Position numbers and translations under genes: made by a program
DNA from: an uncultured Gemmatimonadales bacterium
Lineage (GTDB): Bacteria > Gemmatimonadota > Gemmatimonadetes > Longimicrobiales > RSA9
Direction of reading: 5' to 3'
NCBI GenBank assembly: GCA_963783305.1
Contig: CAWAMW010000002.1
Coordinates: 416,001 to 480,000, forward strand
Length of the DNA stretch: 64,000 nucleotides
In this document: positions 10,014-18,694 of the stretch, piece by piece
Layout: the number at the start of each line of letters is the position of its first letter
Numbering within the stretch: position 1 is the first letter of the stretch
Notes under the pieces: generated by a model
The model's database searches: none
What the model saw: only the letters and a program-made list of their open reading frames with translations
Told to the model about the DNA's origin: nothing

Positions 10014-10215
10014 ATTCCGGGGAACTCCCCAACCAACGGGGGTTTCACGGTTCATTGGGGACTCGACCGGACATATTCCGGGGAAGTCCCCGAGGGATCA
10101 TGGGTTGGCGCAATTCGTTGGGGAGTTCTCCGGAGTATGTCCGGGGAAGTCCCCAGATTTCGCACCACCCACCGTTGTTTGGGGACTTGACCGGGTACCG
10201 CACCGGGAAGTGGGG
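10014..10215. repeat. Array of 35-bp imperfect palindromes with 26-28-nt unique spacers (REP/BIME-like)
   Basis: Half unit at 10014-10030; GGGGACTCGACCGGACATATTCCGGGGAAGTCCCC at 10057-10091; GGGGAGTTCTCCGGAGTATGTCCGGGGAAGTCCCC at 10120-10154; degenerate unit at 10181-10215. Confidence 0.85.
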
Positions 10216-10233
10216 GCGGCCGGCCACGGCCGC

Positions 10234-10305
10234 CCTCCTCTCGGCCCCCTCCTCTCGGCCGCTCTCCGCTCGGCCGCTCTCCGCTCGACCGCCCCCACTC
10301 GGCCG
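10234..10305. repeat. Degenerate 14-15-nt tandem repeat (GCTCTCCGCTCGGCC-like)
   Basis: About five adjacent copies: CCTCCTCTCGGCC twice, GCTCTCCGCTCGGCC, GCTCTCCGCTCGACC, GCCCCCACTCGGCC. Confidence 0.75.
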
Positions 10306-10331
10306 CCCAGCTCCCATCGCACCTGCGTGGC

Positions 10332-11321
10332 TCACCGGACCAGCGCCTGGGCCAGCTTCACCAGGAGTTGGCGCGGCTCCCGAACGATCTGCCGCCAGGT
10401 GACCCGCATGGTCCGATATCCCGCCGCCATGAGTACGGCGTCCCGGTTCCGATCGGCCTCGAAGGCATGATCCCCGTCGTGGTATGCGCGGCCGTCGACT
10501 TCGACGATCAGACGTTCATCGGGCCAGAGGGAGTCCACCTCGAAACCCTCGACGACGACGTTGGTTTTCGGCCGGGGCAGCTCGGCGCCGCGGACCAGGT
10601 CGTGGAACCGGCGCTCGGCCTCGGACCGGAGGAAGGCGGGTTCACCGTCGGCGTCCAGGAGCGCCCGCAGCCGACCGCGTCCCGCGCGGCGCTGATAGCG
10701 GTCGAGGAGCACCTCGAAGTCCCCTGGAGTGACCATGTCCCGCCGGAGCGCGGTCGCCAGCGCGCGTTCGAGATCCCTGCCGCCACAGACGCCGTCCCTG
10801 CCGCCACAGACGCCGGCGAGGTCGAGGATGGTCCGGGCGGCAGAGGTCAGGGGGAGCCCCTCCCGAGCCGTCACTTCGTCGGCCCCGAGGGCGCTCACCC
10901 GATGGATCCGGATCGCCGAACCTCCGATTCGCACGTCCCGGATCGTGCTGATCTCCACGGGCGCGTCCGCGGCCAGCGGCGGCAGGAGCTCGAGAACCGC
11001 GGCGGCCGCACGGTGGCTGACGAAACAACCATCGCCCGTGGCCAGAACCGCGGCGAGCTCCCGCGCCCGTGGCCCGGCCACGGCCCGGACTGCATAGACG
11101 CCCCGATACACCGACGTCAGCACCCCGCACTCGAGCCGGTACTCGATCCGGTTCCCGGAAATCCCGGCCGCGATCAGCTGCGACCGCGCCACTACCCCAT
11201 GCTGCCGAGCCGCGATCTGATGAATCGCCGCGTCGGCCCGGGCGCTCCCGGACACCGTGCGATGGCTCCCACACGTTCTCTCCACCCGTCGAAGCTCACG
11301 CGTGGGACGGGGCAACACCAT
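10332..11321 (-). CDS. AbiEi-like N-terminal domain plus DUF559 (Vsr/PD-(D/E)XK-like) endonuclease-domain protein
   Basis: IAARQHGVVARSQL and VYRGVY (AbiEi-type), VSHRAAA, LTSAARTILDLA, then RSEAERRF...FEVDSLWPDERLIVEVDGRAYH...DRNRDAVLMAAGYRTMRVTW (DUF559). Start uncertain (11321 or a GTG near 11255). Confidence 0.85.
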   Translation of the reverse strand: MVLPRPTRELRRVERTCGSHRTVSGSARADAAIHQIAARQHGVVARSQLIAAGISGNRIEYRLECGVLTSVYRGVYAVRAVAGPRARELAAVLATGDGCFVSHRAAAAVLELLPPLAADAPVEISTIRDVRIGGSAIRIHRVSALGADEVTAREGLPLTSAARTILDLAGVCGGRDGVCGGRDLERALATALRRDMVTPGDFEVLLDRYQRRAGRGRLRALLDADGEPAFLRSEAERRFHDLVRGAELPRPKTNVVVEGFEVDSLWPDERLIVEVDGRAYHDGDHAFEADRNRDAVLMAAGYRTMRVTWRQIVREPRQLLVKLAQALVR

Positions 11322-11376
11322 GGCGGAGCGGGACGGGCCCGTAGATTCCGACGCCCCCCGCCATCGCGAAGGACCC

Positions 11377-11405
11377 TTGACATGATATATCGGCGATCTA
11401 TATGT
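11377..11405 (+). promoter_or_regulatory. Putative promoter (-35 TTGACA) with overlapping palindromic operator for the PadR operon
   Basis: TTGACA at 11377-11382; ATATA-N9-TATAT at 11385-11403 in an AT-rich patch just upstream of padR. No perfect -10 seen. Confidence 0.6.
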
Positions 11406-11442
11406 ATAGGAACACACACTCACATGGACACCGAGCCACGGC

Positions 11443-11811
11443 ATGACCTTCGACGCGCAGTCCCTGCCGAAACGGCTGAACGAGCTGCTCATACTCCAGG
11501 AGCTGGATCGAGGCCCGCTGCATGGCTATCAGATCGCACTGGCGGTGGAGGACCGGAGCGAGGGGTATTTCGCGTTCAGCCACGGCACGCTCTACCCGAT
11601 CCTGCACCGCCTGGAGAAGGACGGTCTGATCGCGGGCCGGTGGTCTGACCCGGCGGAAGGTCGTCCGCGCAAGGAATATGAGATGACGGAGGCGGGTCGG
11701 ATCCATCTGGGGGCGCTGATCAGCGATTGGAGGAAGCTGAACGCCCGGGTCGAGACATTCCTGGAAATGGGGGAGGCGACGGATGGAGAGATTCGCACCG
11801 GCGCTGCGTAG
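11443..11811 (+). CDS. PadR family transcriptional regulator
   Basis: LHGYQIA...GTLYPILHRLEKDGLI...RPRKEYEMTEAG. Confidence 0.93.
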   Translation: MTFDAQSLPKRLNELLILQELDRGPLHGYQIALAVEDRSEGYFAFSHGTLYPILHRLEKDGLIAGRWSDPAEGRPRKEYEMTEAGRIHLGALISDWRKLNARVETFLEMGEATDGEIRTGAA

Positions 11812-12580
11812 GCTGTCCGGGGAGCTCGACCTTCCGAGGAGGGAGCGTGCGGCGGTGCTGACGGAGCTCGCCGCGGACCTCGAGGCGACGTACGAGCACC
11901 ACCTCCGCAGCGGCGCATCTCAGGAGGAGGCGGCGCGGAAGGCGGAGGCGCTGGTTCTCGGTACGCCGGAGGTGATCCGCTGCCTCGGCCGGATTCACCG
12001 TGCGCCGTGGCGCGGCTGGTCGGAGGATCTGGGGGCGAGCCTGAGCGGCGGCCTGGACCTCGCTCTGCTGATCGGAGCTGTCCTGCCCATGGGGATCGCC
12101 GCGGCGGCGGTGGCCGTCATGACGCTGGTGCGAGCGGCGGGTCCGGCCGCCTGGCTGCTCGCGGGTCTGGGAGCGCTGATCGCGGTCCTGATCGTGAAGG
12201 AGTCTGTCCGGCTCGCGCGTGGCATGCCCGCCCGGCCCGGGAGCCTCTCTACGCTCCTGGGGCTTGCCGCCCTCTCCCCGGCCGTGGGTCTGCTCGCCCT
12301 GGTCGTGGGAGCGTCCGAGGCGGCCCTTGATCTGTCTGCGGCGGCGGGCGATGGCCCGGCGGTGCTGGTGGCGACGATGGACACCCTCGCCGTCGCCGGA
12401 TCGACGTTCCTCTTCGGGCTGCTCCTCGGCATGACCGGCTCACTCTCGTGGTTCATCCTGCTGAGCCGCTCCTCTGCCCGGGTCATGGGCGAGGTGGAGG
12501 CGATGCTGGCGGACCCGATGGACGGCGGGGTCGACGATCCCCGCCATACCCTTTCACTCGTATCCGGAGGTATGAAATGA
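11783..12580 (+). CDS. PadR-associated membrane protein (N-terminal HAAS-like helical domain plus several TM helices)
   Basis: ERAAVLTELAADLEATYEHHLRSGASQEEAARKA followed by about 4 hydrophobic helices; overlaps padR. Confidence 0.7.
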   Translation: MERFAPALRRLSGELDLPRRERAAVLTELAADLEATYEHHLRSGASQEEAARKAEALVLGTPEVIRCLGRIHRAPWRGWSEDLGASLSGGLDLALLIGAVLPMGIAAAAVAVMTLVRAAGPAAWLLAGLGALIAVLIVKESVRLARGMPARPGSLSTLLGLAALSPAVGLLALVVGASEAALDLSAAAGDGPAVLVATMDTLAVAGSTFLFGLLLGMTGSLSWFILLSRSSARVMGEVEAMLADPMDGGVDDPRHTLSLVSGGMK

Positions 12581-12963
12581 TCGATCGATTTCTCAGCGGC
12601 GGAGTCATGATGTGGCCCCTCCTGTTCGTCGCCGTCGGTGTGGCGGCTCTGGCGGTCCGGACGGCGCTCCACCTGCGAAGCGGGGCGAGCAGGCTGCCCA
12701 GGGCGCAGGCGACCATGAGGTCCATCCTGTTCTGGGGGGGGATGTCGCTGCTTCTCGGCCTGCTGGGTACCGTGGTGGGTATGCTCGTGATGGCCGACGC
12801 CATCCAGCGGGCCGGCGGCGCGAGTCCTGGCCTGGTCTGGGGGGGTGTGGGTGTCTCCCTCGTCAGCCTGATCTTCGGGATCGCGATCCTGCTGTTCTCC
12901 GGCCTCGTCTGGGCGGCCCTGCACCGCTGGAGCGAGCGGGTGCGGGAGAGCGCGGGCGTGTAG
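12577..12963 (+). CDS. Short MotA/TolQ/ExbB-like membrane protein
   Basis: MIDRFLSGGVMMWPLL, LLGLLGTVVGM, GGVGVSLVSLIFG; ATGA coupling with the upstream gene. Confidence 0.75.
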   Translation: MIDRFLSGGVMMWPLLFVAVGVAALAVRTALHLRSGASRLPRAQATMRSILFWGGMSLLLGLLGTVVGMLVMADAIQRAGGASPGLVWGGVGVSLVSLIFGIAILLFSGLVWAALHRWSERVRESAGV

Positions 12964-12969
12964 CGCTCG

Positions 12970-13542
12970 ATGGAGATCACCGAGACCCTACAGCCCTCGA
13001 CCCGCGAGGAGTGGCGCGACTGGCTCGCCGGACACTACCAGGATCGCTCGGAGATCTGGCTGGTGACGCCCCGCAAGGCGACCGGCCGGCCCGGGGTCGC
13101 CTACAACGACGCCGTGGAGGAGGCGCTCTGCTTCGGCTGGATCGATGGGATCCGCAAGTCGCTGGGTGAGGACCGCCTGGCGCAGCGGTTCACGCCCCGC
13201 CGGGACGGGAGCGGGTTCTCGCAGCTCAACCGCGAGCGCCTGGCGCGGATGATCGCGGAGGGGAAGGTGGCGCAGCCGGTCCTCGACGCGGTCGCCACGC
13301 TGGACGATATCTCACCGGAATCGTACCAGGTCCCGACGGAGATCCAGGACGTGCTACGGGCGACGCCGGAGGCCTGGCGCCACTGGCAGGGCTTCTCCCC
13401 GGCGTACCGTCGGATCCGGGCCGCGTACGTGGACACGGCCCGGGAGCGCGACGAGGCGGAGTACCGGAAGCGGCTGGACCACCTCGTGCGGAAGACGGCC
13501 GCGGGAAAGCAGTTCGGCTACGGCATCGAGTCCTACTACTGA
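12970..13542 (+). CDS. YdeI/OmpD-associated family protein
   Basis: TREEWRDWL...YNDAVEEALCFGWIDG...QRFTPRR...SQLNRER. Confidence 0.88.
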   Translation: MEITETLQPSTREEWRDWLAGHYQDRSEIWLVTPRKATGRPGVAYNDAVEEALCFGWIDGIRKSLGEDRLAQRFTPRRDGSGFSQLNRERLARMIAEGKVAQPVLDAVATLDDISPESYQVPTEIQDVLRATPEAWRHWQGFSPAYRRIRAAYVDTARERDEAEYRKRLDHLVRKTAAGKQFGYGIESYY

Positions 13543-13585
13543 CGGAGCGCCATGTCGGTTGGGTGACGCGCGGCCCGCGCTCGGG

Positions 13586-14521
13586 TCAGCCGCCTTCGCC
13601 CGTCGCCGTGATGTGATACACCGGCTGCTGCCGCTCCAGCGTCACCAGGACCTCACCCCGCGACTGCGCCTCCCGCATCACCTCGCCCAGGATCGCCTGG
13701 AGCTCCCGCGACTTCCGCGCAGCCATCCGCTCCAGGAACGTCCGGGCGACCAGGTCGAGCGCGGCCTCCTCCCCGGCCGGAAGGGACCGGTCGGTGGCGA
13801 CCACGCCCTCCGGCAGATCCGCCGGCGCCGGGTACGCCTCGTACACGACGTCCACGGTGGTCCCGAACTCGTGCGCGCTGGTGCCCGCCGCGGCGTTCGA
13901 GTTGCTGCGCCGGAGCCGCGCCTGCTGGGCGGGAGTCCGGAGCACACTCGAGATCTCGTAGCGGAAGCGGGGCAGGCCCATCCCCTCCAGCCGGTCCTGG
14001 AACGCCGCGCCGATCCGCTCGAGGAGCGCGCGCGTGTCGGGCGTCACGTACGGCTGCACGCCGTCCCGCAGGACCCAGTGCTCGGTGCTGTCCTCGAGCG
14101 TCACCAGCCGGCCGTCCTCCACCGCGGCGCGGAGATCCGCCTCGTCCGCCGGGTGGAACCCGACCCGCCGCGCCACCCGCACGTTCTCGTCGTTCGACCA
14201 GCGACGCAGCGACTCCTCATCCTCGGGGCGCATGAGCGCGACCGGCCGGAGCAGGTCCTCCACGGAGTCGGCCATCGCCATGGCGCGGCGGATCGTGGCG
14301 AGCAGCGCGCCACCGTCGCTCGTCCCACCCTGCCCCGCGTCCGCGTCGGCGGCGTCCCGAACGGCGGTCCCGGCGGGCTCGCCGTCCCCCTGCACTTCGG
14401 GCGCGCACCCGCCGAGGAGCGCGAGCGTGGAGAGGAAGAGGACGGCGAGGGGGATCGGGGAACGCCGGACTGCCGCGCGTCGGGCGCGCTGCGGGCTGCG
14501 AAGTCGTCGTAGAGTGGTCAT
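13586..14521 (-). CDS. Lipoprotein, DUF5715-like (peptidase M15-like fold)
   Basis: LLGGC lipobox; ISSVLRT..QQ, SAHEFGTTVD (SxHxxGxxxD), ERQQPVYHIT. Confidence 0.7.
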   Translation of the reverse strand: MTTLRRLRSPQRARRAAVRRSPIPLAVLFLSTLALLGGCAPEVQGDGEPAGTAVRDAADADAGQGGTSDGGALLATIRRAMAMADSVEDLLRPVALMRPEDEESLRRWSNDENVRVARRVGFHPADEADLRAAVEDGRLVTLEDSTEHWVLRDGVQPYVTPDTRALLERIGAAFQDRLEGMGLPRFRYEISSVLRTPAQQARLRRSNSNAAAGTSAHEFGTTVDVVYEAYPAPADLPEGVVATDRSLPAGEEAALDLVARTFLERMAARKSRELQAILGEVMREAQSRGEVLVTLERQQPVYHITATGEGG

Positions 14522-14692
14522 GCCGGAAAGCGGCTGGAAGATCGGTGCCACTCCGAGAGCGTCGTGAAGCCGGATCTTCCACCCTACGATTCGCGCTCCG
14601 TCCTCCCGCACCCGTGCCCCGGCCGCTTGTCACGGCCCGGACCCCCGACCAAGTTTGGGCAGGCACGCTACCCGATACCCGAGGGCCCTCGC

Positions 14693-17569
14693 ATGACACC
14701 GACGTCCGCCTGCCGGTCGATCGTTCTGCCCGCACTCCTCCTCGCGGCCGTAGCCGCCGCCGCGCCCGCCGCGGCTCAGACCCTCTCCCACACCCGGGCA
14801 GACTGGAAGCAGGTCGAGACGGAGCACTTCCTCTTCCTCTACCCCGAGGAGCTCTCCGACTGGACGCTGGACATGGCGGCCCGGATGGAGGCGGTACACG
14901 CGGCCGTGGAGGAGATGGTGGGGTTCGCACCCGAGGACCGGGTGACCGTGCTCGTAGACGATCCGGGGAACGTGTCGAACGGGTCCATGAACCCGGGGCC
15001 GCTCCTCTACATGTGGCCCACACCGCCGAACCCGCGGTCCGTCATAGGGGAGAACCGCGGCTGGGGGGAGATCCTGGCGGTGCACGAGTTCACGCACGCC
15101 GCCCACCTCACGCGCCCCTCGCGGAACCCACTCGGCCGTCTGGTCGAGTCGGTGCTCCCTCTCCCCGTCACCAACCTCATGTGGACCACCCCTCGCTGGG
15201 CCACGGAGGGATACGCCACGTACATCGAGGGTCGCCTGACCGGCAGCGGCCGACCCCACGGCGTCTGGCGTCCGGCCGTGCTGCGGACCTGGGCGCTGGA
15301 AGGACAGCTGCCGACGTACGGCCAGGTGAGCGGGAGCTCCGGCTTCTTCGGCGGCTCCATGGCCTACCTCGTCGGGTCCGCGTACCTGGAGTGGCTGGTG
15401 GAGCGCGAGGGCGGGGACGAGGCGCTGCTGCCGAACGTATGGCGGCGGCTCACAGCCCGGCAGAAACGCTCCTTCGACGGCGCGTTCACCGGCGTGTTCG
15501 GTGCGCCGCCCGCCGAGCTCTATGGCCACTTCACCGTCGATGTCACGGAGCGGGCCCTGGCCGTTGGCGACGCGGTGGAGGCGGCCGGCGGCGTGGTCGA
15601 TGGCGAGCTCTTCCAGCGGCTGAGCTGGTACGTCGGCGACCCGGCCGTCTCGCCGGATGGCGCGAGCCTGGCCATCCAGCTGGACTCCCGGGACGGACCG
15701 TCGCGCCTGGTGGTCATGGCCACCACGCCGGACACGCTCACCACAAAGGCGCGGGAGCGGTACGAGGAGATCTTCGAGGCCGACCCCGAAGACGTGGAGC
15801 CCGTCCAGCGGCGTCCCCGCCCGCAGTCCCCGAAAGCCACCCTGCACCCGACCCTGGGCCAGTCGTACCGCGCGCCGGCGTGGATGCCGGACGGCGGGGG
15901 CATCCTGGTGATCCGCAACGACGTGGAGGACAACGGCCGCCTGAGGCCCGACCTCTTCCTGTGGCGCTGGGACGACGGCGGCGTCCAACGGATCACCCGC
16001 GGCGCCGCCATCCGCGAGGCCGCGCCCGCCCCCGACGGGACCTGGGCCGTGGGGCTCCGCTGCCTCCACGCCGCCTGCGACATCGTGCGCATCGAGCTGG
16101 ACGACGGCGCGGTCACACCCCTCACCCACACCGATCCGCTCCGGCCGTACTACCACCCCCGGGTGTCACCCGACGGTCGCACGATCGTCGCCAGCGTCCA
16201 GCAGGAAGGCGCGTGGCGGCTCGTGGCCATGAACGCCGATGGCTCCGGCGAGCACCCCATCGGGCCCGATGATGGCGCCGCCCGCTTCGACGCCGAGTTC
16301 CTGGCGGACGGGCGCCTCGTGGTCACCAGCACGCTCGGCGGGATCCACGACATCGAGCTGCTGGACCCGGCCACCGGCGATCTTGCACCGGTTACGCGTG
16401 TGGTCGGGTCGGCCGTGGCGCCGACTGCCGGGCTCCAGGAGCCGTCCGACATCTTCTTCCTGTCGCTCCACAGCCGCGGCTGGGACCTCCGCCGCCTGCC
16501 CCTCGACGCGCCGCCCGCCGCGCCCGTGGTCCGCACGGACCCCGCGCTCTCCCCCGCCGCGATGGTCCCCACCGCCCCCGCCGACACCTTCCCGGCCGCG
16601 CCGCTGGGGGCCGTCCGACCCTACGGCCTGGGGCCGCGATCGCGGATCCTCCTGCCCATGGGGTACGCCGGGCCCGACGGGTACGCCGCGGGGCTCGGCC
16701 TGGGCGGCACCGATCCCATCGGCCGCTTCTCATGGCAGCTCCAGGGCATGCTGGGAACCGACCGCTCCCCCACGGGCGGCGCTCTCCGGCTGCGCTATCG
16801 AGGGCTCCGGCCGTGGATCCACCTCGAGGGCTTCTGGACCCGCGAGGCTCTCACCACCCCTGCGCTGACTCCGGACGACGAGGACGAATTCTACGGCGGG
16901 TTCGCCGCCCTCGAGCTCCAGGCCAGGCGCCTGGCCATGGACCACGCGCTCCGCATGGGGGGCTCGGCCGCCAGGGTGGCTACCCACGACGGCGACCGCC
17001 TGCTGGGGTTCGGGGAGTACGACCTCTCGCTCCGGCAGGGCCCGGGCTACTGGCGGGTGACGGAATCCGTCGGCGCCCACGGCGCCCTCGGCCGCACGGA
17101 CGCCACCGACTGGAACCGGTGGGTCGTCACCGGCGCTTTCGGCCTCTGGTTCGGCGACCGCGGTCTCGATCTCGCCGCGACGCTGGGCGGAACCGACGCC
17201 GCGCCCGGATCGCTGGAGGCGTTCTCCGTCGGCGGGATCGAGCCGATGTTATTCGACCCCGCCGTGCTCTCCCAGCGCATCGCCATGCCAGCGTTGGAGC
17301 GCGGCACGCTCCACGGCGATCGGGTCACCACCTTCACGGCCGAGCTCCACGAGGTGCTGCCCGTGACCGCCTTCTACTGGACCGCTGACGCGGTGGGAGA
17401 CGGGCTCGGCTGGTACCGTCTGGCGGGCCTCCGGCTGGACCTGGAGACTCCCACCATCGCGTTCGTGCGGCTCCCCGCCGTCCGCATGAGAGCCGGACTG
17501 GCACGGCTCCTCGACAACCCTGGTGAGGGAGATTGGCGCGCGTGGCTCATGCTCGGATACCTGCCCTGA
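14693..17569 (+). CDS. Secreted/outer-membrane protein: gluzincin-type metallopeptidase, TolB-like beta-propeller and C-terminal beta-barrel
   Basis: Signal peptide; ETEHFLFLY; HEFTH with downstream WATEGYATY; PAVSPDG/PAWMPDG/PRVSPDG propeller repeats; amphipathic beta-strands ending LMLGYLP. Confidence 0.75.
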   Translation: MTPTSACRSIVLPALLLAAVAAAAPAAAQTLSHTRADWKQVETEHFLFLYPEELSDWTLDMAARMEAVHAAVEEMVGFAPEDRVTVLVDDPGNVSNGSMNPGPLLYMWPTPPNPRSVIGENRGWGEILAVHEFTHAAHLTRPSRNPLGRLVESVLPLPVTNLMWTTPRWATEGYATYIEGRLTGSGRPHGVWRPAVLRTWALEGQLPTYGQVSGSSGFFGGSMAYLVGSAYLEWLVEREGGDEALLPNVWRRLTARQKRSFDGAFTGVFGAPPAELYGHFTVDVTERALAVGDAVEAAGGVVDGELFQRLSWYVGDPAVSPDGASLAIQLDSRDGPSRLVVMATTPDTLTTKARERYEEIFEADPEDVEPVQRRPRPQSPKATLHPTLGQSYRAPAWMPDGGGILVIRNDVEDNGRLRPDLFLWRWDDGGVQRITRGAAIREAAPAPDGTWAVGLRCLHAACDIVRIELDDGAVTPLTHTDPLRPYYHPRVSPDGRTIVASVQQEGAWRLVAMNADGSGEHPIGPDDGAARFDAEFLADGRLVVTSTLGGIHDIELLDPATGDLAPVTRVVGSAVAPTAGLQEPSDIFFLSLHSRGWDLRRLPLDAPPAAPVVRTDPALSPAAMVPTAPADTFPAAPLGAVRPYGLGPRSRILLPMGYAGPDGYAAGLGLGGTDPIGRFSWQLQGMLGTDRSPTGGALRLRYRGLRPWIHLEGFWTREALTTPALTPDDEDEFYGGFAALELQARRLAMDHALRMGGSAARVATHDGDRLLGFGEYDLSLRQGPGYWRVTESVGAHGALGRTDATDWNRWVVTGAFGLWFGDRGLDLAATLGGTDAAPGSLEAFSVGGIEPMLFDPAVLSQRIAMPALERGTLHGDRVTTFTAELHEVLPVTAFYWTADAVGDGLGWYRLAGLRLDLETPTIAFVRLPAVRMRAGLARLLDNPGEGDWRAWLMLGYLP

Positions 17570-17577
17570 GAGCCGCC

Positions 17578-18438
17578 ATGCGGCCCCTCGCGGTGGGCAC
17601 GCTCGTCCTCGCGCTGATCGTGCCGCTCGCCCGCCCGGCGAGCGCTCAGGGCGCGGCGGCGTACTCGGGTTGGCTGTTCCCGGAGCGCTCGCTCCTTCCC
17701 GACCTCCTCGCGGCGCCGCGGGAGCCGGCCACCCGCGGGCAGCTCGTCTATTCGGACCCGGACCCCACCGCGTTCGGGCCCGGGACGTCGGGCGAAGTGG
17801 TCGTTTCCGGCACCATCCCGCTGGTCCTGCTGGCGGGCCATGACCCCGGCGACGCCGTGGTCCTCGGCGTCACCGGGGCGGCGTTCGCTCGCTTCTCCTT
17901 CGAGGTCGTGACGCGGGAGCTGGTGAACACCGACTGGGTCTTCGCGGTCCCGCTCGTGTGGCACCGTGGCCCCCACTGGGTACAGCTCCGGTACTACCAC
18001 ACCAGCAGCCACCTGGGCGACGAGTACCAGCGCCGGTTCGGGCCGTCCAGCATCAACTTCTCCCGGGACGGCGCAGACCTGACGCTGTACGCCCGACCCG
18101 CCGCCACCAGGGAGATCGGGCTCGGCCTCTACGCCGGCGGCCTCTGGTCCCTCAACTCGCACCCGGAGGAATCGCGACGCTGGCGCGGCCGTGCGGGGTT
18201 GGAGCTGGACCCGTGGGAAGGCGCGCTCTGGCGCCCATTCGCCGCGGTCGACCTCGAGCTGGAGGAGGGCACCGCCCACGGCCCCCGCACCACGGTGCAG
18301 GCCGGCCTGTGGCTCCCCCGCGCCAACGACCGGCCGCTCCGCCTTGCAGTCGAGCTCATCAGCGGGCCCTCCGCCATGGGCCAGTTCACCCGCTACCGAA
18401 CTCGCCGCGCCGCCCTCGGCCTGCACTGGAACCCCTGA
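17578..18438 (+). CDS. DUF1207-like putative outer-membrane beta-barrel protein
   Basis: Signal peptide, LLAAPREP, LVNTDW, RYYHTSSHLGDEY, terminal GLHWNP. Confidence 0.7.
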   Translation: MRPLAVGTLVLALIVPLARPASAQGAAAYSGWLFPERSLLPDLLAAPREPATRGQLVYSDPDPTAFGPGTSGEVVVSGTIPLVLLAGHDPGDAVVLGVTGAAFARFSFEVVTRELVNTDWVFAVPLVWHRGPHWVQLRYYHTSSHLGDEYQRRFGPSSINFSRDGADLTLYARPAATREIGLGLYAGGLWSLNSHPEESRRWRGRAGLELDPWEGALWRPFAAVDLELEEGTAHGPRTTVQAGLWLPRANDRPLRLAVELISGPSAMGQFTRYRTRRAALGLHWNP

Positions 18439-18606
18439 CAGGTCGCTGAAAAAGGCAGTGGGCGGGAGCGAACGGCCGCTTGCCGCCAGGGTACGCACAG
18501 GTACGGGCCCGGTACCTTCGACGCCGCGCCAGCGGGTCCCGCAGGGAGCGGAGCGACCGGAGGGATCGACCCCGACCCGCCTCCCCCCGCCGTTTCAGCG
18601 ACGCGC

Positions 18607-18641
18607 AAAGAGAAAGCGCCGGGCCCTTTCGGACCCGGCGC
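18607..18641 (-). terminator. Intrinsic terminator of the hexaheme cytochrome gene
   Basis: On the minus strand, hairpin GCGCCGGGTCC-GAAA-GGGCCCGGCGC followed by TTTCTCTTT, about 55 nt after the stop at 18695. Confidence 0.8.
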
Positions 18642-18694
18642 CTCTCGCTCCCCTCCCAGGAATCTACTCCAGGGAGATCAGCTTTTCAGCGGAC

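Noticed and set aside
10014..10215. Calling the palindrome array a CRISPR array
   Set aside because: Units are divergent and in mixed orientation, only two are complete, and no cas gene or AT-rich leader is in the window.
10332..11321. Complete AbiE type IV toxin-antitoxin system
   Set aside because: There is no adjacent AbiEii nucleotidyltransferase gene.
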